The notes beneath the pieces were generated by a model. That model did not search any database and was not told the origin of the DNA. It saw only the letters and a list, made by a program, of their open reading frames with translations. A program made the position numbers and the translations under genes. From Octopus sinensis (taxonomy: Eukaryota), in contig NC_043009.1 in NCBI RefSeq assembly GCF_006345805.1, positions 8,308,001-8,372,000 of the forward strand: DNA of 64,000 bases, written 5' to 3'. Each line of letters begins with the position of its first letter. Position 1 is the stretch's first letter. Shown one piece after another: positions 36,501-49,469 of this stretch.

Positions 36501-39500
36501 AGGATATGTGTTGACAGTTTCAAGATGAAGTTTACAGCTGAAGATTTTACAACAGAATGGCACCAATTAAAGATTGGAATTGCTGCTGGCTGCACAATAT
36601 TTGTCCCATGGTTTATCTTAGTCATGGAGAGGATTTTGAAAGCCGTGGATTTTTCAGAACAAATTGCCCATGTACCTAAGAAGGCCTTCATGGATGACAT
36701 GACACTTCTATCAACAGACAAGTAAATCATGCAGAGTGCCCTCTTGTGACTAGACAAGCTTGTGAGGTGGGTAACTTTGCAGTTTAGAGCAAAAAAGTCG
36801 CATAGTCTGACATTTGTTAAGGGAGTGCAGAAAAAAGTTAAGTTTTGAATAGCTGAAAAAAGCATTCCAACAGTCAAAAGCTTGGGGTGAGTATATACTG
36901 GAACATTGTCAGACAGGTGTCATGGAATGGAAATTATGAAACAAGCCGAGGTTGGATTACTAGTGATTGATAACTCAAAGTTGCCAGGTAAATATAAAAT
37001 TTGGTGCTTACAGTTTGGCTTGTATCTGCGACTTTCATGGCCACTTTTAATATACGAGATAGCATTGTCACAAGTTCAAATCATTGAGCAAAAATGTAAT
37101 GTGTTCATTCAAAAGTGGATAGGCCTACCTCGAATATTGAACAGTTTGACTCTTTATCGTAAAAAAGGCTCATTGCAGTTACCACTGGCATCAATAGCTG
37201 AAATTTATAAACTGGGGAAGGTACGAATGGGGATGATGCTGAGGGAGTTGAAGGACATAGAAATCAGGCATAATCCACCAAATGTGAAAACAGCCAGGAA
37301 GAAGCAGAGACTGATGACATCCTGTTTTCACTTACATACCGAGATATGGTTGGTGCAATGCAAATTCATCGGATGGGACTTGGTTTTGGCGCAGATCAGT
37401 TCAGACTGTTTGCAAGTATGATGCGGACTGAATGCAGATCTGTTGTTAGCAACAACATCAGAACAAGGGAAGCAGAGAGAAGAGAGCTTCATTTGATCCA
37501 ATGCATTCAACAAGTACAGATGATGAGATGGGAGGAACATGTTGTTGAGAGAAAAATAAGTTAGGATGAGATATGGAGGTGGCTAAGTTTTCTGATTCGA
37601 TCATCCTATGATGTTATTGTCATCACCTGCAAATCTAGTAAGATGGAACATCTCAGAGAATGATATATGTAAATGAGGAAAGGTCGGAACACTGAAACAT
37701 ATTCTTTCCAACTGTTCACTAGCATTGAATAGATATACATGGAGACACATCTTGGTCCTTAAGGTTATCTTCAATGCCATAAAGAACTAAATTAATCTCA
37801 ACAACAGTGCAAAAAAAACCGTTGAAAGTACCAACTAGAGATTCATTACCTTCATACGCTCAGGACAGTGGATCCATTTCAACAAACTTCCTGTGAGCGA
37901 TGAAAAGTGGAATGGCTATTGGGAGGTGACCGCAGATTTACCAGGGTGCCAGAAATTCTTTCCCATCCTAGTTATGAAAAAAAACAGACATTTTAATGTG
38001 GTGTGAAAGAAAGAAAGTTGTGAATCTAGTCGAGTTAACAGTTCCTCATGAAGATAACATGGACGTCATTTGGGCTCGAATGATTGATCGTTGTGTAAAC
38101 CTTCTCAAGGAATGTGAAGATGCAGGCTAGAAAGCAGAGCATTTTCCAATTGAAGTTGGATGAAGAGGGTTTGTTGGAAACAGTGTGAGGCAACTGTTGT
38201 TATCTTTAGGCCTAACTTATCGTAAAGTAAATACCACCATGACCGATATCCAAACTACAGTGGAAAAGGCTAGCCACTGGATTTGGTTAAAAAGTGACGA
38301 TGAGCAATGGCTAGAAGAATATTGAGCTTTATTTGATAACCAGTTGATTTAGCAAGCAGGGCCTCTTATCAGTAAGAGAGGGGGGGCAGTGTATGTTGAT
38401 GCCATTGAGAGGTAGGCCCCGAAACGGTGTGCATTCTCTCGTAATGACCCCATACACTTGCTGGCTTCCAGTATGTGGAGCTCTTGACTGGTAGCATTTG
38501 CATGTGCAAGCTGTTTGCAAAACATCTTTCTGGAAAAGGAAAATTTATTGCCAGAGGAGAAAAAAGGATGTGGAAAGATCTCAAGGGAAACTGCTGACCT
38601 GCTGTATATTGGTAGTAGGATACTAAAAGGGACGCCAGTGAGAAAGAATTTGAGTTGACTGGATAGCTAATGACAGTGTTCCATGCTGCTGGTTCTTGGA
38701 CACTCAGAGTCAATGAGAGGATAAATGGTTTTTTAGAAAAAGCAATGAGAGCGTGTGAAGTAGAACTGACATGCACAAAAGAATTGTTGGGAGACATGAA
38801 AATATGCTGGGAGAAGACTAGCTCTCTCTCTGCTACTCTTTATCATTGCCTTAATCCCTCTGACAAATATACTGAGAAAATCCAGGCCTGCCTATGAGTT
38901 TACCAAAATGAAGATGATCTCAAGCAATATATAAAAAATGAAAAAGACCTAGACTCTCTGATCCAAACTGTAAGAGTATTCAGCAAGAATATTGGAATGC
39001 AGTTTGAGATAAATATGTGTGCAGTGTTAATTATGAAGAGAGAGCAGAAGATAAACTCTGTTGGCACAAAATTACTGCAAGACAATGTGATTAGATTGCT
39101 TGTGGATTAATGAGAGATGCAAATACCTAGAGGTGCTACAAGTCAATAGAATAATGGAAAGAGAAATGAGAGAGAAAACCTCTAAAGATTACAAGAAAAT
39201 TAGGAAGGTGCTTGAAATAAAATTAAATAATGGAGGGCATATCATTAAGCAATAAATACATGTGCTATGCCAGTATTAAGATACTCTGATCCTTTTCTAA
39301 AATGGACAAAGGTCAAGCTACAGAATTCGTGTAGAAGAACTAGGAAGCTGCTCATAATGCATGGTGCATACCACCCTAAAAGTAATACCGACAAACTCTA
39401 ACTTTCAAGAAAGGAAGGTGACAGAAGATTACTAAACACAGAAGACACTGTTGATATTGCGATATTAGGATTGAAAAATTATGTTGTGCAGAATGAGGAA

Positions 39501-40310
39501 AGAATACCCTTTAGCAAAAAAAGTAACTCAAACAATACGAAAAGTCAAGAACAGAAGTAAGAACAACAGAACGTGCAGGTGGAAAGAAATGGAATTACAT
39601 GGCTAGTTCATGCAGCAAACTGAGGAGGTTGGTAGTCAAAAATGCAGGCTTTGGTTGACAGAAAGCAAAAGACCAAAGCTGACCAAAGTACTCAGGAACT
39701 AGTCATTAGGATGAATTGGATAAAAGCAAAGATTGATAAAACTCAGTCAAGCAACAAATGTAGAATCTGTAGTAAAGCTGATGACATCACTAATCATCTC
39801 TTGAGTGTTAGCTGGCACAAAAAGACAATAAGGGCAGACATGACCGTGTCAGTAAAAGAATATATTGGGATGTTAACCAAGTGTGAGACTTTGAAATAAT
39901 AGGAATGTAATAGAGAATAAGAATTACAGGATCTTATGGTACTTCCCCGTAAAGACTGACTACTATTGAAGCAAGAAGACCGGATATGATTACAGAGGAC
40001 AAAATAAACAAACAACATAAGATCATCAGCATTCCAATTTCCTATGATGACAAAGTCAATACTAAAGATATTGAGAAATATCAGGATCTAACCAGAGCTG
40101 TAGAGACTGTGAAACACTAAAACAACAATGGCAATCAGGGCAGTTGGCACAACATCCAAGATGCTACTTAAAAGACTGAAAGAAATTGGAACCGAGACTC
40201 GCATTGTTGACCTGCAGAAATATATCACCCTGTATTCTGAAAGTTTCTTGAGATTTGAGGAGACTTGTTGCCACCAAACCTGATGATGCCATCCCTGCCA
40301 ATTGAATAAT
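33578..40310 (+). mobile_element. R4/Dong-clade RLE non-LTR retrotransposon, near full length, heavily decayed, split by the Hero insertion
   Basis: N-terminus RWTQNYNRVVMECCNRSE..KIGCRKWMYKIW; WWEQRLKNEIEQLKRDL; KAPRPDDVQGFW. RT LLTGLLADD (ends 35070) continues as FLEKENLLPEEKKGC (~38526). Cys/His motif CRICSKADDITNHLLS and RLE EARRPDMI...KYQDL. (TAA)n lies at the 5' flank. Confidence 0.88.
35071..38515 (+). mobile_element. Hero-clade RLE non-LTR retrotransposon, near full length, disrupted
   Basis: N-terminal Zn-finger-like CCRTFATER/GLKIHQGKTC (frameshift). RT motifs ARAKSAPG, ISLLNVEGKIF, WLDLANANGSMSH, GIAAGCTIF and AFMDDMT. CCHC region GTLKHILSNCSLALNRYTWRH. RLE VELTVPHEDN...FPIEVG*RGFVG. 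Ends WIWLK..stop at ~38325, then ~190 nt of 3' UTR. Confidence 0.88.
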
Positions 40311-40504
40311 GAATTAAAGAAGATTGGAATAAAATTTCCTGTAGAGCTTCTACAGGTTTGCCTCTTAGGAACAGAAAAGATCATCAGTGGGGTTTTGAGT
40401 GCTTGATGGTTTATTAAAGTCATGTAGATATCTAAGGTTTATATGGAGAACTCACTATCCACATAAATTCTATCAGGAATAAAGCCAATCTTGTGTCAAA
40501 AGGA
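40311..40504 (+). mobile_element. Second, divergent R4/Dong-type 3' terminus
   Basis: ELKKIGIKFPVELLQVCLLGTEKIISGVLSA-stop parallels the preceding LKEIGTETRIVDLQKYITLYS end. A UTR and (AAT)n follow. Confidence 0.65.
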
Positions 40505-40538
40505 TAAATAATAACAATGATAATAATAATAATAATAA

Positions 40539-40720
40539 TGGTTTCTAAGTTTGGCACAAGGCCAGGAGAGGAGTTAATCAATTACGTCAGCTCCAATGTT
40601 CAACTGATACTTATTTTATTAATCCCAAAAAGAGGAAAAACAAAGTCAACCTCGGCGGAATTTGAACTCAGAACATAAAGATGGACATGAAGAACTGAAG
40701 ATTCCAGCTAGAAAAATAAC
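40539..40720 (-). mobile_element. SINE family C copy
   Basis: tttggcacaaggcc...gtcaacctcggcggaatttgaactcagaac. Confidence 0.75.
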
Positions 40721-41091
40721 GAAATATAATCAACTACCTTTATTACTTAGAAATGAATGCATGTTAGTTTTGATAATGAACTATCTGTTCTTTGAATTAG
40801 CATGTAAGTGGTTGAGTACTCCACAGACATGTACACTCTTAGCATAATGTTGAAGTAGAATCAGTGTGATACATTTGGATCATTTGATGGCAGGTCCTGT
40901 ATATCCGATGGACTTCTGCTCAGTTTCCATCTACCCATTTGCACTCCTGAAGCACGGATCAACCTGAGACCAGACAGAGTAGATGACACTTGTTCTAAAT
41001 GCTATGCTGCAGAATTGAACCTGGGACTTTATTATTGTAAAAAATGAACATCTTAATTATTCAGCCATGCAGCATCCATAAATATGCAGCC

Positions 41092-41465
41092 TCACACACA
41101 CACACACACACACACATCGCCATACACACACATCGCCATACACACACACACACATATCGCCATATATACACACACACACATATCGCCATATATACACACA
41201 CACACATATCGCCATATATACACCACACACACACACACACACATCGCCATACACACACACACACATCGCCATACACACACACACACACATATCGCCATAT
41301 ATACACACACACACATATCGCCATATATACACACACACACACACATATCGCCATATATACACACACACACACACATATACACATTGCCATACACACACAT
41401 CGCCATACACACATACACACATACTGCCATATATACACACACACATCACCATATACACACACACA
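41092..41465. repeat. Compound minisatellite of ATCGCCAT cores separated by (AC)n/(AT)n
   Basis: 11 exact ATCGCCAT cores plus 3 variants (attgccat, actgccat, atcaccat). Confidence 0.95.
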
Positions 41466-41771
41466 GAGCTATTTAGTGTTCATAGCAACGTATTATCTAT
41501 AAGATAGTGAAGTAAGTTACTTTGAATAAATAACTATTCTACACATTATAAAGGTTAAAATACCGGGTACACCACTATAGGACATCAACTTCTAACCAGA
41601 CACACACACACACATATGCACACACATGTATTACACACACATACACACATGTATTCACATTGTGTACATACATGTGTTCATGTCACACATGTACATGTCC
41701 ATGCATTCGATACACAAATGCATACACACAATTTCACTCAGATACACATTTCATCAGTAATAATAATAATA

Positions 41772-41810
<39 letters not shown>

Positions 41811-42619
41811 GAGAAAGAAAAGGATAGTTAATTAGCCAAAGTTATTTATTAAAAACAGTGTAACGAAACAGAAATCGTAAATATCAATGCAAGAAGAATC
41901 AATTTTTAATGAGCGATATTGCCATTCCCTTAGAGACAATGTTTTGGTGCTCCTGGTTGTTTTATTCTTCTGTCTCCTCAGTGACTGCAACAATTTGATC
42001 TACTGTATGTAGTCACTAAAAACTGTCTCAGCTCTGGTGATTAATTTTTGTATTTTCTGACCTGTTTTGGTCCTACAATACTGCGTTTGATTTATCTGTG
42101 ACCACCATCTAAATTATATAGTTCCAGAACCAAGATAAATACATACTGCTGTTTCAGCTGTCTTGCAGTGAAAATATAAATTGGAGATCAAACTCCTTAG
42201 CTAGATCAGTAAATTAGAACTGACCCCTTCCCCCGCCCCTGTTTTCTTTTTTTGTAGTCATACAACTAAGTGTATATTGTCCTAGTTTGGTGTTTAACTC
42301 TTAAAAAATAAATAAATCACCCTGACTGTAAATCATTGACATTAGCTAGCCAAATGGGGGGCTTCTGCACATAGTCACTCAATCTCCTAGAAATAGCAGT
42401 CAAATTTCCTTTGAATAACATTTATGTTTTTAAAAATGGGACACATTTGACATAGTGGTCCTTGCTATCTAAAAATGGGTTGGTCACAGTCTGAACGCTT
42501 TTAATCATGTCTTTTCAAGTCTGAACTTAACTGAGCTTAAACAACAGCATCATTGACATCTGACCTAACACATTACCCTTATTAATATATTTCTGATTTA
42601 ATAATTTCAGTTCCTCCAA

Positions 42620-44590
42620 TTTAGCTGGCTCACTCGTGAACTACTACATTTGTATGTTTTTCACCCAACCTCCCTCACACTACCTTCTGTTTTTAGGGAT
42701 CTCTCTTTTCCCTCAAAATTCATCTTTTGTTTCTATCATTGTCCAAACACCACCCATGAATCATTTTACCGTTTCTTGTTTGGCATCAAGAACCATCTGT
42801 TTAAACTCTTCACTCTTTGACGTCATCTTTGGTAGTAGATTTAATTTAATGCTTGGTTTATCATCGCCACCTAGTTGTTGGATACCTTTAATGGAGTTCA
42901 TTCTGTTGCAAGTATTTGAACCCTGGACAGTTTAATAGTGACTGTTTCTCCCACACTTTTTACCATTAATTTCGAAAGCTCTACAAAGAAGATCATGAAT
43001 ACTTCCCTTCTTCCCCTAATTAAAACATTAAAAAAAATCATGCTCAACACCTTTTCTACTCCATTTCTCAGCTTGACTCTTTGCTGTTAACCATAATTAC
43101 CTGCACTTAAAATTTTTTTACCAATACATCAACTCTCCGAACAGATTTGGTGTCTTTCTCACATGTAAACCCAAGCATTGTCCTGTCATCACAATTTCTG
43201 TTTCCATCAAATCATGTAATTACAGCTTAATCAAGGCAGTACTTCCAATATCATTCTAGCACGTGACATTCTGTGGACCCTTTGGTCCTTGAGATCAGTT
43301 AATTCATTGGAGCTACACCACTTCTGGATCATCTGCTATTGGCAGCTAATGTGCTTCACCTTTGACTTGTCCAACTCTGGTAACTGATTCTATCCTCTTA
43401 GATATCTTCATCCACACGTCTCACACAACCAAAGCCCCAAAACCACTAAAGGGTTCACACACTGGTGAAGAACGCCGCTTATGACACCTGGATAAAATTG
43501 TCAACTGTCTCCAACAAAAATGGCTCTGTAAGTAGCACTCCATCCCACACAGCATAAGCCTCCTTCACTCCCTTCTTAATTACAATTTGTCTTGCTACCA
43601 CATTCACACAGTTTACCAACCCATTTAAACCACTGGATCTGATAGTGTTTCCTAAATTATCCTCAAATGATGCACTAATTTAGCTCCTATCCTTACCAAA
43701 CTCATCAGTTTTCCTCTATTTGTGGAAATATATATATAGGTGCAGGAGTGGCTGTGTGGTAAGTAGCTTGCTTACCAACCACATGGTTCGGGTTCAGTCC
43801 CACTGCATGGCACTTTGAGCAAGTGTCTTCTACTATAGCCTCGGGCCGACCAAAGCCGTGTGAGTGGATTTGGTAGACGGAAACTGAAAGAAGCCTGTCA
43901 TGTATATGTATATATATGTGTGTTTGTGCTGTGTTTGTCCCCACCAACTTCCCTTGACAACCGATGCTGGTGTGTTTATGTCCCCATAACTTAGCAGTTT
44001 GGCAAAAGATGCCGATAGATTACGTACTAGGCTTACAAAGAATAAGTCCTGGGGTCGATTTGCTCAACTAAAGGCGGTGCTCCAGCATGGCTGCAGTCAA
44101 GTGACTGAAACAAGTAAAAGAGTAAAGAGTAAAAAGAGAGAGTGTCTCCCATCTGAAAGGAGTAATCTCTTTGAAGCTACAAATACCGATCGGTCATATT
44201 TACTTGCAACATCTTAAAAGATATAAAGACATTTGTGAGTAACCAACTCTTTTATTATCTTCTACCTCAGCATGGTGTCTGCAGAGCAACATCTATCAAA
44301 GAACTGTTTGCACACATCTACTAGTGGTCTTTTGTCTTTGAAAAGTTGGTGAAAACATTGTTGTCTTTGACTATGTCTTGTACAGAAACCTGCTTAGTCA
44401 CCTCTTTGTGTTTCCATCCATGTCCCATCTCTTGGATTTAAAATTTCCATCTGGACAGCCTCATGGTGCAGTGTGCATTGATGCAAATTTCTCCACCTTA
44501 CAGTCTGTCAACTCTTCATAAGTGACTTTGTTATTTTGCTTCCAATATTCTTCTACACAGACGATAACCTCATTCACTCCTCTTTGACAT
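42620..44590 (+). mobile_element. Very decayed CR1/L2/Jockey-group LINE (endonuclease-RT remnants), split by a SINE A
   Basis: Fragments PLLDHLL and QHGVCRATSIKELFAH (QxGFR-like), and FYTDDNL at the YADD position. Boundaries are uncertain. Confidence 0.45.
43738..44138 (+). mobile_element. Full-length SINE family A
   Basis: Colinear with 6254-6698. Confidence 0.9.
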
Positions 44591-44644
44591 TGTTGTTTAA
44601 CTCCAGATCAGTCCTGAATGAGATGACCTATGATAAAGGTATTC

Positions 44645-44875
44645 CGAGCTGGCAGAAACGTTAGCACACCAGGCGAAATGCTTAGCAGTATTTCGTCTGC
44701 CGTTACGTTCTGAGTTCAAATTCCGCCGAGGTCGACTTTGCCTTTCATCCTTTCGGGGTCGATAAATTAAGTACCAGTTACGCACTGGGGTCAATGTAAT
44801 CGACTTAATACCTATGTCTGTCCTTGTTTGTCCCCTCTGTCTTTAGCCCCTTGTGGGTAGTAAAGAAATAGGTAT
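44645..44875 (+). mobile_element. SINE family C, young copy
   Basis: CpG-rich and near-identical to 23520-23735. Confidence 0.9.
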
Positions 44876-45234
44876 TCTAGATATGACTGCTTTATGCTCT
44901 CAAACAGTATATTTTGAACTGCATTATTTGCTATATCCTTTCTACTTTTCAAAGCAATTAAGCTGTTATTTCTAGCTGGTTTTGCAACCATGTACAGTCT
45001 TTCTCATTGGCTTGTTCTCTTTAATATTTTGCATACAAGTGTCATTCATACAACCTAGACACCTCAAACCAGAACTGCCCCAATTCTTCAAATAGTACCC
45101 GAAGACATCTTTCAGCCAGGACATGTCACCCCGGTCTGTTTCAGTATTACTAAAATACAATCACTAAATATACAAAGGAAACTACTTCAAACTTACTACA
45201 AATGCTTTGCATCATGGTCTCTGTAGATCTTCTG

Positions 45235-45885
45235 TAACTGACTGATGATTCTGTGGAACTTTACTGCAGTATTAATGACTGACCAATGGTAGTTAAATCA
45301 ATATTTATTGCCGTATGATGACTGACGAATGGTAGTTAAATCAATATTTATTGCCGTATTGATGACTGATCAATGGTTCAATCAATATTTACTGCACTAT
45401 TAATTACTGATCAGTTGTAGTTCAATCAATATTTATAGCACTATTGATGACTTGATCGATAATTTAATCAATATTTATTTTAGTATTGATGACTGATCAG
45501 TGTGGTTCATCAGTATTTCTTGCATTATTGATGGCTCATCCGTTGTAGTTTAATTAGTATTCATCGTAGTATTGATGATTGGCCAATGGTTCAAACAATA
45601 TTTACAGAATTATTGATTACTGATCAATGGTAGTTCAATCAATATTTATTGTGCTATTGATGACTGATCAATAGAAGTTCACTTAATAAATACTGTGCTT
45701 TTTATGACTGACCAACGATTCAATCAGTATTCACTTAAGTATCAATGATTGATCAGTGGTGGTTCATCAATATTTCTTGCAGTATCGATGAGTCACCAGT
45801 CATAGTTCAATCAGTATGCACTGCACTATTGATGAGTGATCAATGATTCCATCAATATTTACTGCACTCTTGATGGCTGACCTGT
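45235..45885. repeat. 41-44-bp minisatellite, 14 full units plus partial flanking units
   Basis: Consensus TATTGATGACTGATCAATGG(TAG)TTCAATCAATATTTACTGCAC, with the first full unit at 45270. Confidence 0.93.
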
Positions 45886-46829
45886 GAAATGCAAGGTGGG
45901 ATAATGGCGATTATGTTAGATTAACTGTTGATTTATTCTTCTCACTGATGACATCAACAAAGTGATGTGTTTTCAGCAACTGAGTGGTTACTTAGCAACA
46001 GGACAGACATCCTTCACACTGTTAAAACATGTTCTCCAGTATTTAATTCAAGAACCTCTGAATTTGTCAAAATCTCTAACATTTCTCTCAACATTTTGAA
46101 CCTCTTCTTTTTTTTCTTTCTTTCTAGTAAATAATATATGCAGTTTTTTATGCTGTTGCGTCACTGAAATAAAGATAGCTTTGATATGTTTTTGTATATC
46201 ATCATCATCATCATCGTTGTTTTATGTCTATGTTCCATGCAGGTTTCTATGGCTGGGTGCCCCTCCTAATACCAACCACTTTACAATGTGTACTGCCAGC
46301 TTTTCTTTTTTTCATGCCACTTGTTCTGTTGTGATTACAATGCAGCTCACAAACCTATGAACCCTATGCATTGGTAGGGATTAAAAAGTTCATTTCATAA
46401 TCACAGTGTTCTGGGTTCATCCTCACTGCATGGCAGCTTTGCCACATATATTCTATAGTAGCCTCAATGTGACTCAAGCCTCATAAGTAAATTTGGAGAG
46501 ATACACACTTTGTAGAAGCTTATGAGATGAACTGTACATATACTTCAAGGAGCCTAACTCTGTCATTGCAGACCATCACATTGATTCTGCCTTTGGGTTA
46601 GGTTAAGGATGCAAGTGTCTGTGGAATACTCAGCCACTTCTAAACTGCAATAAGTCAATAGTTTCAATAATGGAACAACTGAAATCATCACATTTCGTGT
46701 TCAGTCCTACTGGAGGGAAAACTTGGGCAGGTGTCTTCTACTATAGCCCCAGGCCAAAGTTTTGTGAGCAGATTTGGTTGAAAACTGAAAAAGCCCATTG
46801 CATGTGTGCGTGTGTGTGCCTGTGAAGGC

Positions 46830-47140
46830 ATTTGGCCTTGTAGTTAGGGGTATTCAGCTCACATTCATAAGGTCATGAGTTCAATTCTTGGTAGTGCATC
46901 ATGTCCTTGAGCAAGACACTTTATTTCACATTGCTCCAGTCAATTCAACTGGTAAAAATGGGGTTGTGCTTGCATTTCAAAGCACTGGCCTTGTTGCATT
47001 CTGTGCCATGCTGAATCTTCCTCTCCCTAAGAATTATGTTAAGGGTATGCATGTCTGTGGAATGCTCAGCCACTTGCACATTAAATTCACGAGCAGGCTG
47101 TTCCAATGATCAGATCAACTGGAACCCTTGTCATAACCGA
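46830..47140 (+). mobile_element. Degenerate SINE family D
   Basis: Shares ccttgagcaagacactttatttcacattgctccagt with 52276-52612. Confidence 0.6.
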
Positions 47141-47174
47141 CAGAGCACCAGTTTATTTTTATGTGTAAGTATAT

Positions 47175-47470
47175 CATCATCATCATCATTGTTTAACGTC
47201 CACTTTCCATCCTAGCATGGGTTGGACGGTTCGACTGGGGTCTGGGAAGCCAGCAGGCTGCACCAGGCCCAGTCTGATCTGGCAGTGTTTCTACAGCTGG
47301 ATGCCCTTCCTAACGCCAACCACTCTGTGAGTGTAGTGGGTGCTTTTTACGTGCCAGGCGAGCCTGGCAATGGCCATGATCAGTTGGTGCTTTTTACGTG
47401 CCACCGGCACAGAGGCCAGTTGAAGCAGCGCTGGCAACGTTCGGATGATTCTTTTACGTGCCACCGGCAC
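47175..47470 (-). mobile_element. Family B (RTE 3'-UTR-like) copy with three internal units
   Basis: Colinear with 1206-1485. ttttacgtgcca occurs three times. Confidence 0.8.
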
Positions 47471-48056
47471 TGGTATCACAACTACAATTTCCATTGGTTT
47501 TTGATCGATTTCGAATATATATATGTGTGTGTGTGTGTTAGTGTTTTGACATTACGTAATAGTCATACAAGCAATGTAATCCATTTCCAGTATTCTGGAA
47601 AGCATGTCTGGCCATGGAGAAATATTACATTGTTAGGAAACAGATGTGGAATTGGCAACAGGAAAGACATCCAGCTGTAAGAAATCTGTCTCAATAAACT
47701 CTGACTGACCCATGCAGGCATCAAAAATAGACATGAAAACAATGATGATGATGATGATGACGGTGACTATGACAACAATGATGACAATTGTCGGCAAGAA
47801 TCATGAGATGGTTGGCACATCTGTTTCGCAGTCTTTGTTCCAGAATTTTAATTTTCTAGTCACTGATGACAGGTTTCTTTTAGTAATGAGGAAATAATTT
47901 GGGTATGGTGTTTGGTGATAATTATTCTTGTTGTCGGTGGTGGTGGTGGTGATGGTGACAGCAGTAGTTAGCTACAGATCATTTCTAATTGAGCAGAACT
48001 AACAACCAAAGGTGTTCCATTCATGACCATCAAGTTTTGCTTTCTTTTCAGATTTA

Positions 48057-48954
48057 CAAAGTGATATCAAAAGGTTCCTGGACTAGTTATGTTTAATAAA
48101 AAAAATAACATATTTACCTAAGTTTTAACATCCTCTCCTTTAAAATAGTCACCTTACACAGCAATACACCAGTCCCAGTATACCTGCCCCTTTTGGAATC
48201 CAGCCTGGAAGTCATTTTTTGTAAGTGAGTTGAGGACCTTCTGCGATTTGCACAACAGTGATAAAACGTTGACTGTTGTATTGCATTTTCATCTTGGGGA
48301 AGCGATAGAATTCTGCAGGTGCTAAATCTGGTAAATAGGACAGGTGCAGAAGTGATACCATGTTGTCTTTCATGAGAGACTCACGAGTGAGGAGGAGAGC
48401 TCAGTGACAGGGTACATTGTTGTGGTGAAGAATCCAATTCCTTGTGCTCCACAGATCCAGCTGTTTTTACTGAATGTTCTCTCTCAGATGCTTCAAAACA
48501 TTACTGTAGAATTCTCAATTGACAGTCAATCTGACCTTTGGGGAATAATTCTTGATGCATAATCCCACATTTCCAAGGGTAACTTTGAGAGATTTTCTTC
48601 CACTTTTGAAGCAGCCCTTGCCACTTGAAACATTGTATATGACCCTTTGCCTCATCACCATAAACTTGCCAAAATATGCTCAATGCCCCTGTCATAAGTA
48701 GACTTCACAAGTTTAATGCAAAGCTTCACGTTGGCTCTTTGTTCCAACTTCCTGTCCATGACAAAATCGAAGACTACAAACATACACATGATCATAAAAA
48801 TACAAATTTCCCAACTTGTGAAGTAAACACAGGGATGTCACATAGCACACTGCTTCATGAAGGTCACTGCTAGCTCTCACTGTGCACACAACTGCGTGCT
48901 GCCATCTGTTGGCATGCTACAGAACTAGTCCAGGAATTTTTTGATACCATCTTG
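48057..48954 (-). mobile_element. Mariner element (irritans-like), internally deleted (898 bp)
   Basis: TIRs caaagtgatatcaaaaggttcctggactagtt and aactagtccaggaattttttgataccatcttg, flanked by TA. The minus strand encodes EQRANVKLCIKL, VYGDEA, WILHHNN and DWCIAV*GDYF. Confidence 0.88.
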
Positions 48955-49419
48955 TAATGTATCTACTACTCTGCATCATCTAATATCGCTGGGTTTTGTT
49001 TTAAGGTTGTGGTGTGTGATTAGAAGATTTGGCTGCTACTTCTTGTAGGTTGGGTAACCCATTGCTTAGAAACTCTTCCATCATTGTTGTTGTTGTTGTT
49101 TAGCCACAGGTCAGCACTGAATGAGGTGTCCTGTGATCAAAGGCATTCCAACCATGACTATTCTGCTTTTATTTCAGGAGGTGTATTTATACGTTTTTAA
49201 TATTTTTATATTATTTATCACAAACAGCAAGCAATTATGTCATTTGTTATAGGTTTTAAATTGGCCAATAACTAACTCACTTTATTTCTGATGGTGAGGG
49301 TGATAAGGGAGTGACTGAGTAAATGCAGAATGAGTATCTTGAAAGGCTTTATCTGTAAAGCCTGTTTTTCAATTTTCTCTCTGAAGTTTATATCCTGCAC
49401 CAACATTTATTCATAAAAG

Positions 49420-49469
<50 letters not shown>

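Noticed and set aside
38395-38450. Hammerhead ribozyme in the Hero 3' UTR (ccccGAAAcgg within a cattgagag/ctctcgtaatg hairpin)
   Set aside because: A hairpin is plausible, but no CUGANGA core is present in a compatible position.
45235-45885. CRISPR-like array of palindromic repeats
   Set aside because: The units are contiguous and homologous along their whole length, with no unique spacers, no cas genes and a eukaryotic context.
45270-45885. Tandem C/D-box snoRNAs (TGATGA and CTGA in each unit)
   Set aside because: The two motifs are directly adjacent and overlap the putative terminal stem. There is no guide region or correct box spacing.
3201-46100. A single spliced plus-strand gene model joining the candidate exons
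   Set aside because: The phases of the candidates (3201, 4413, 7113, 12149, 16556, 22264, 31544, ~45977) do not chain uniquely and no protein family was recognised. They are reported only as separate low-confidence candidates.
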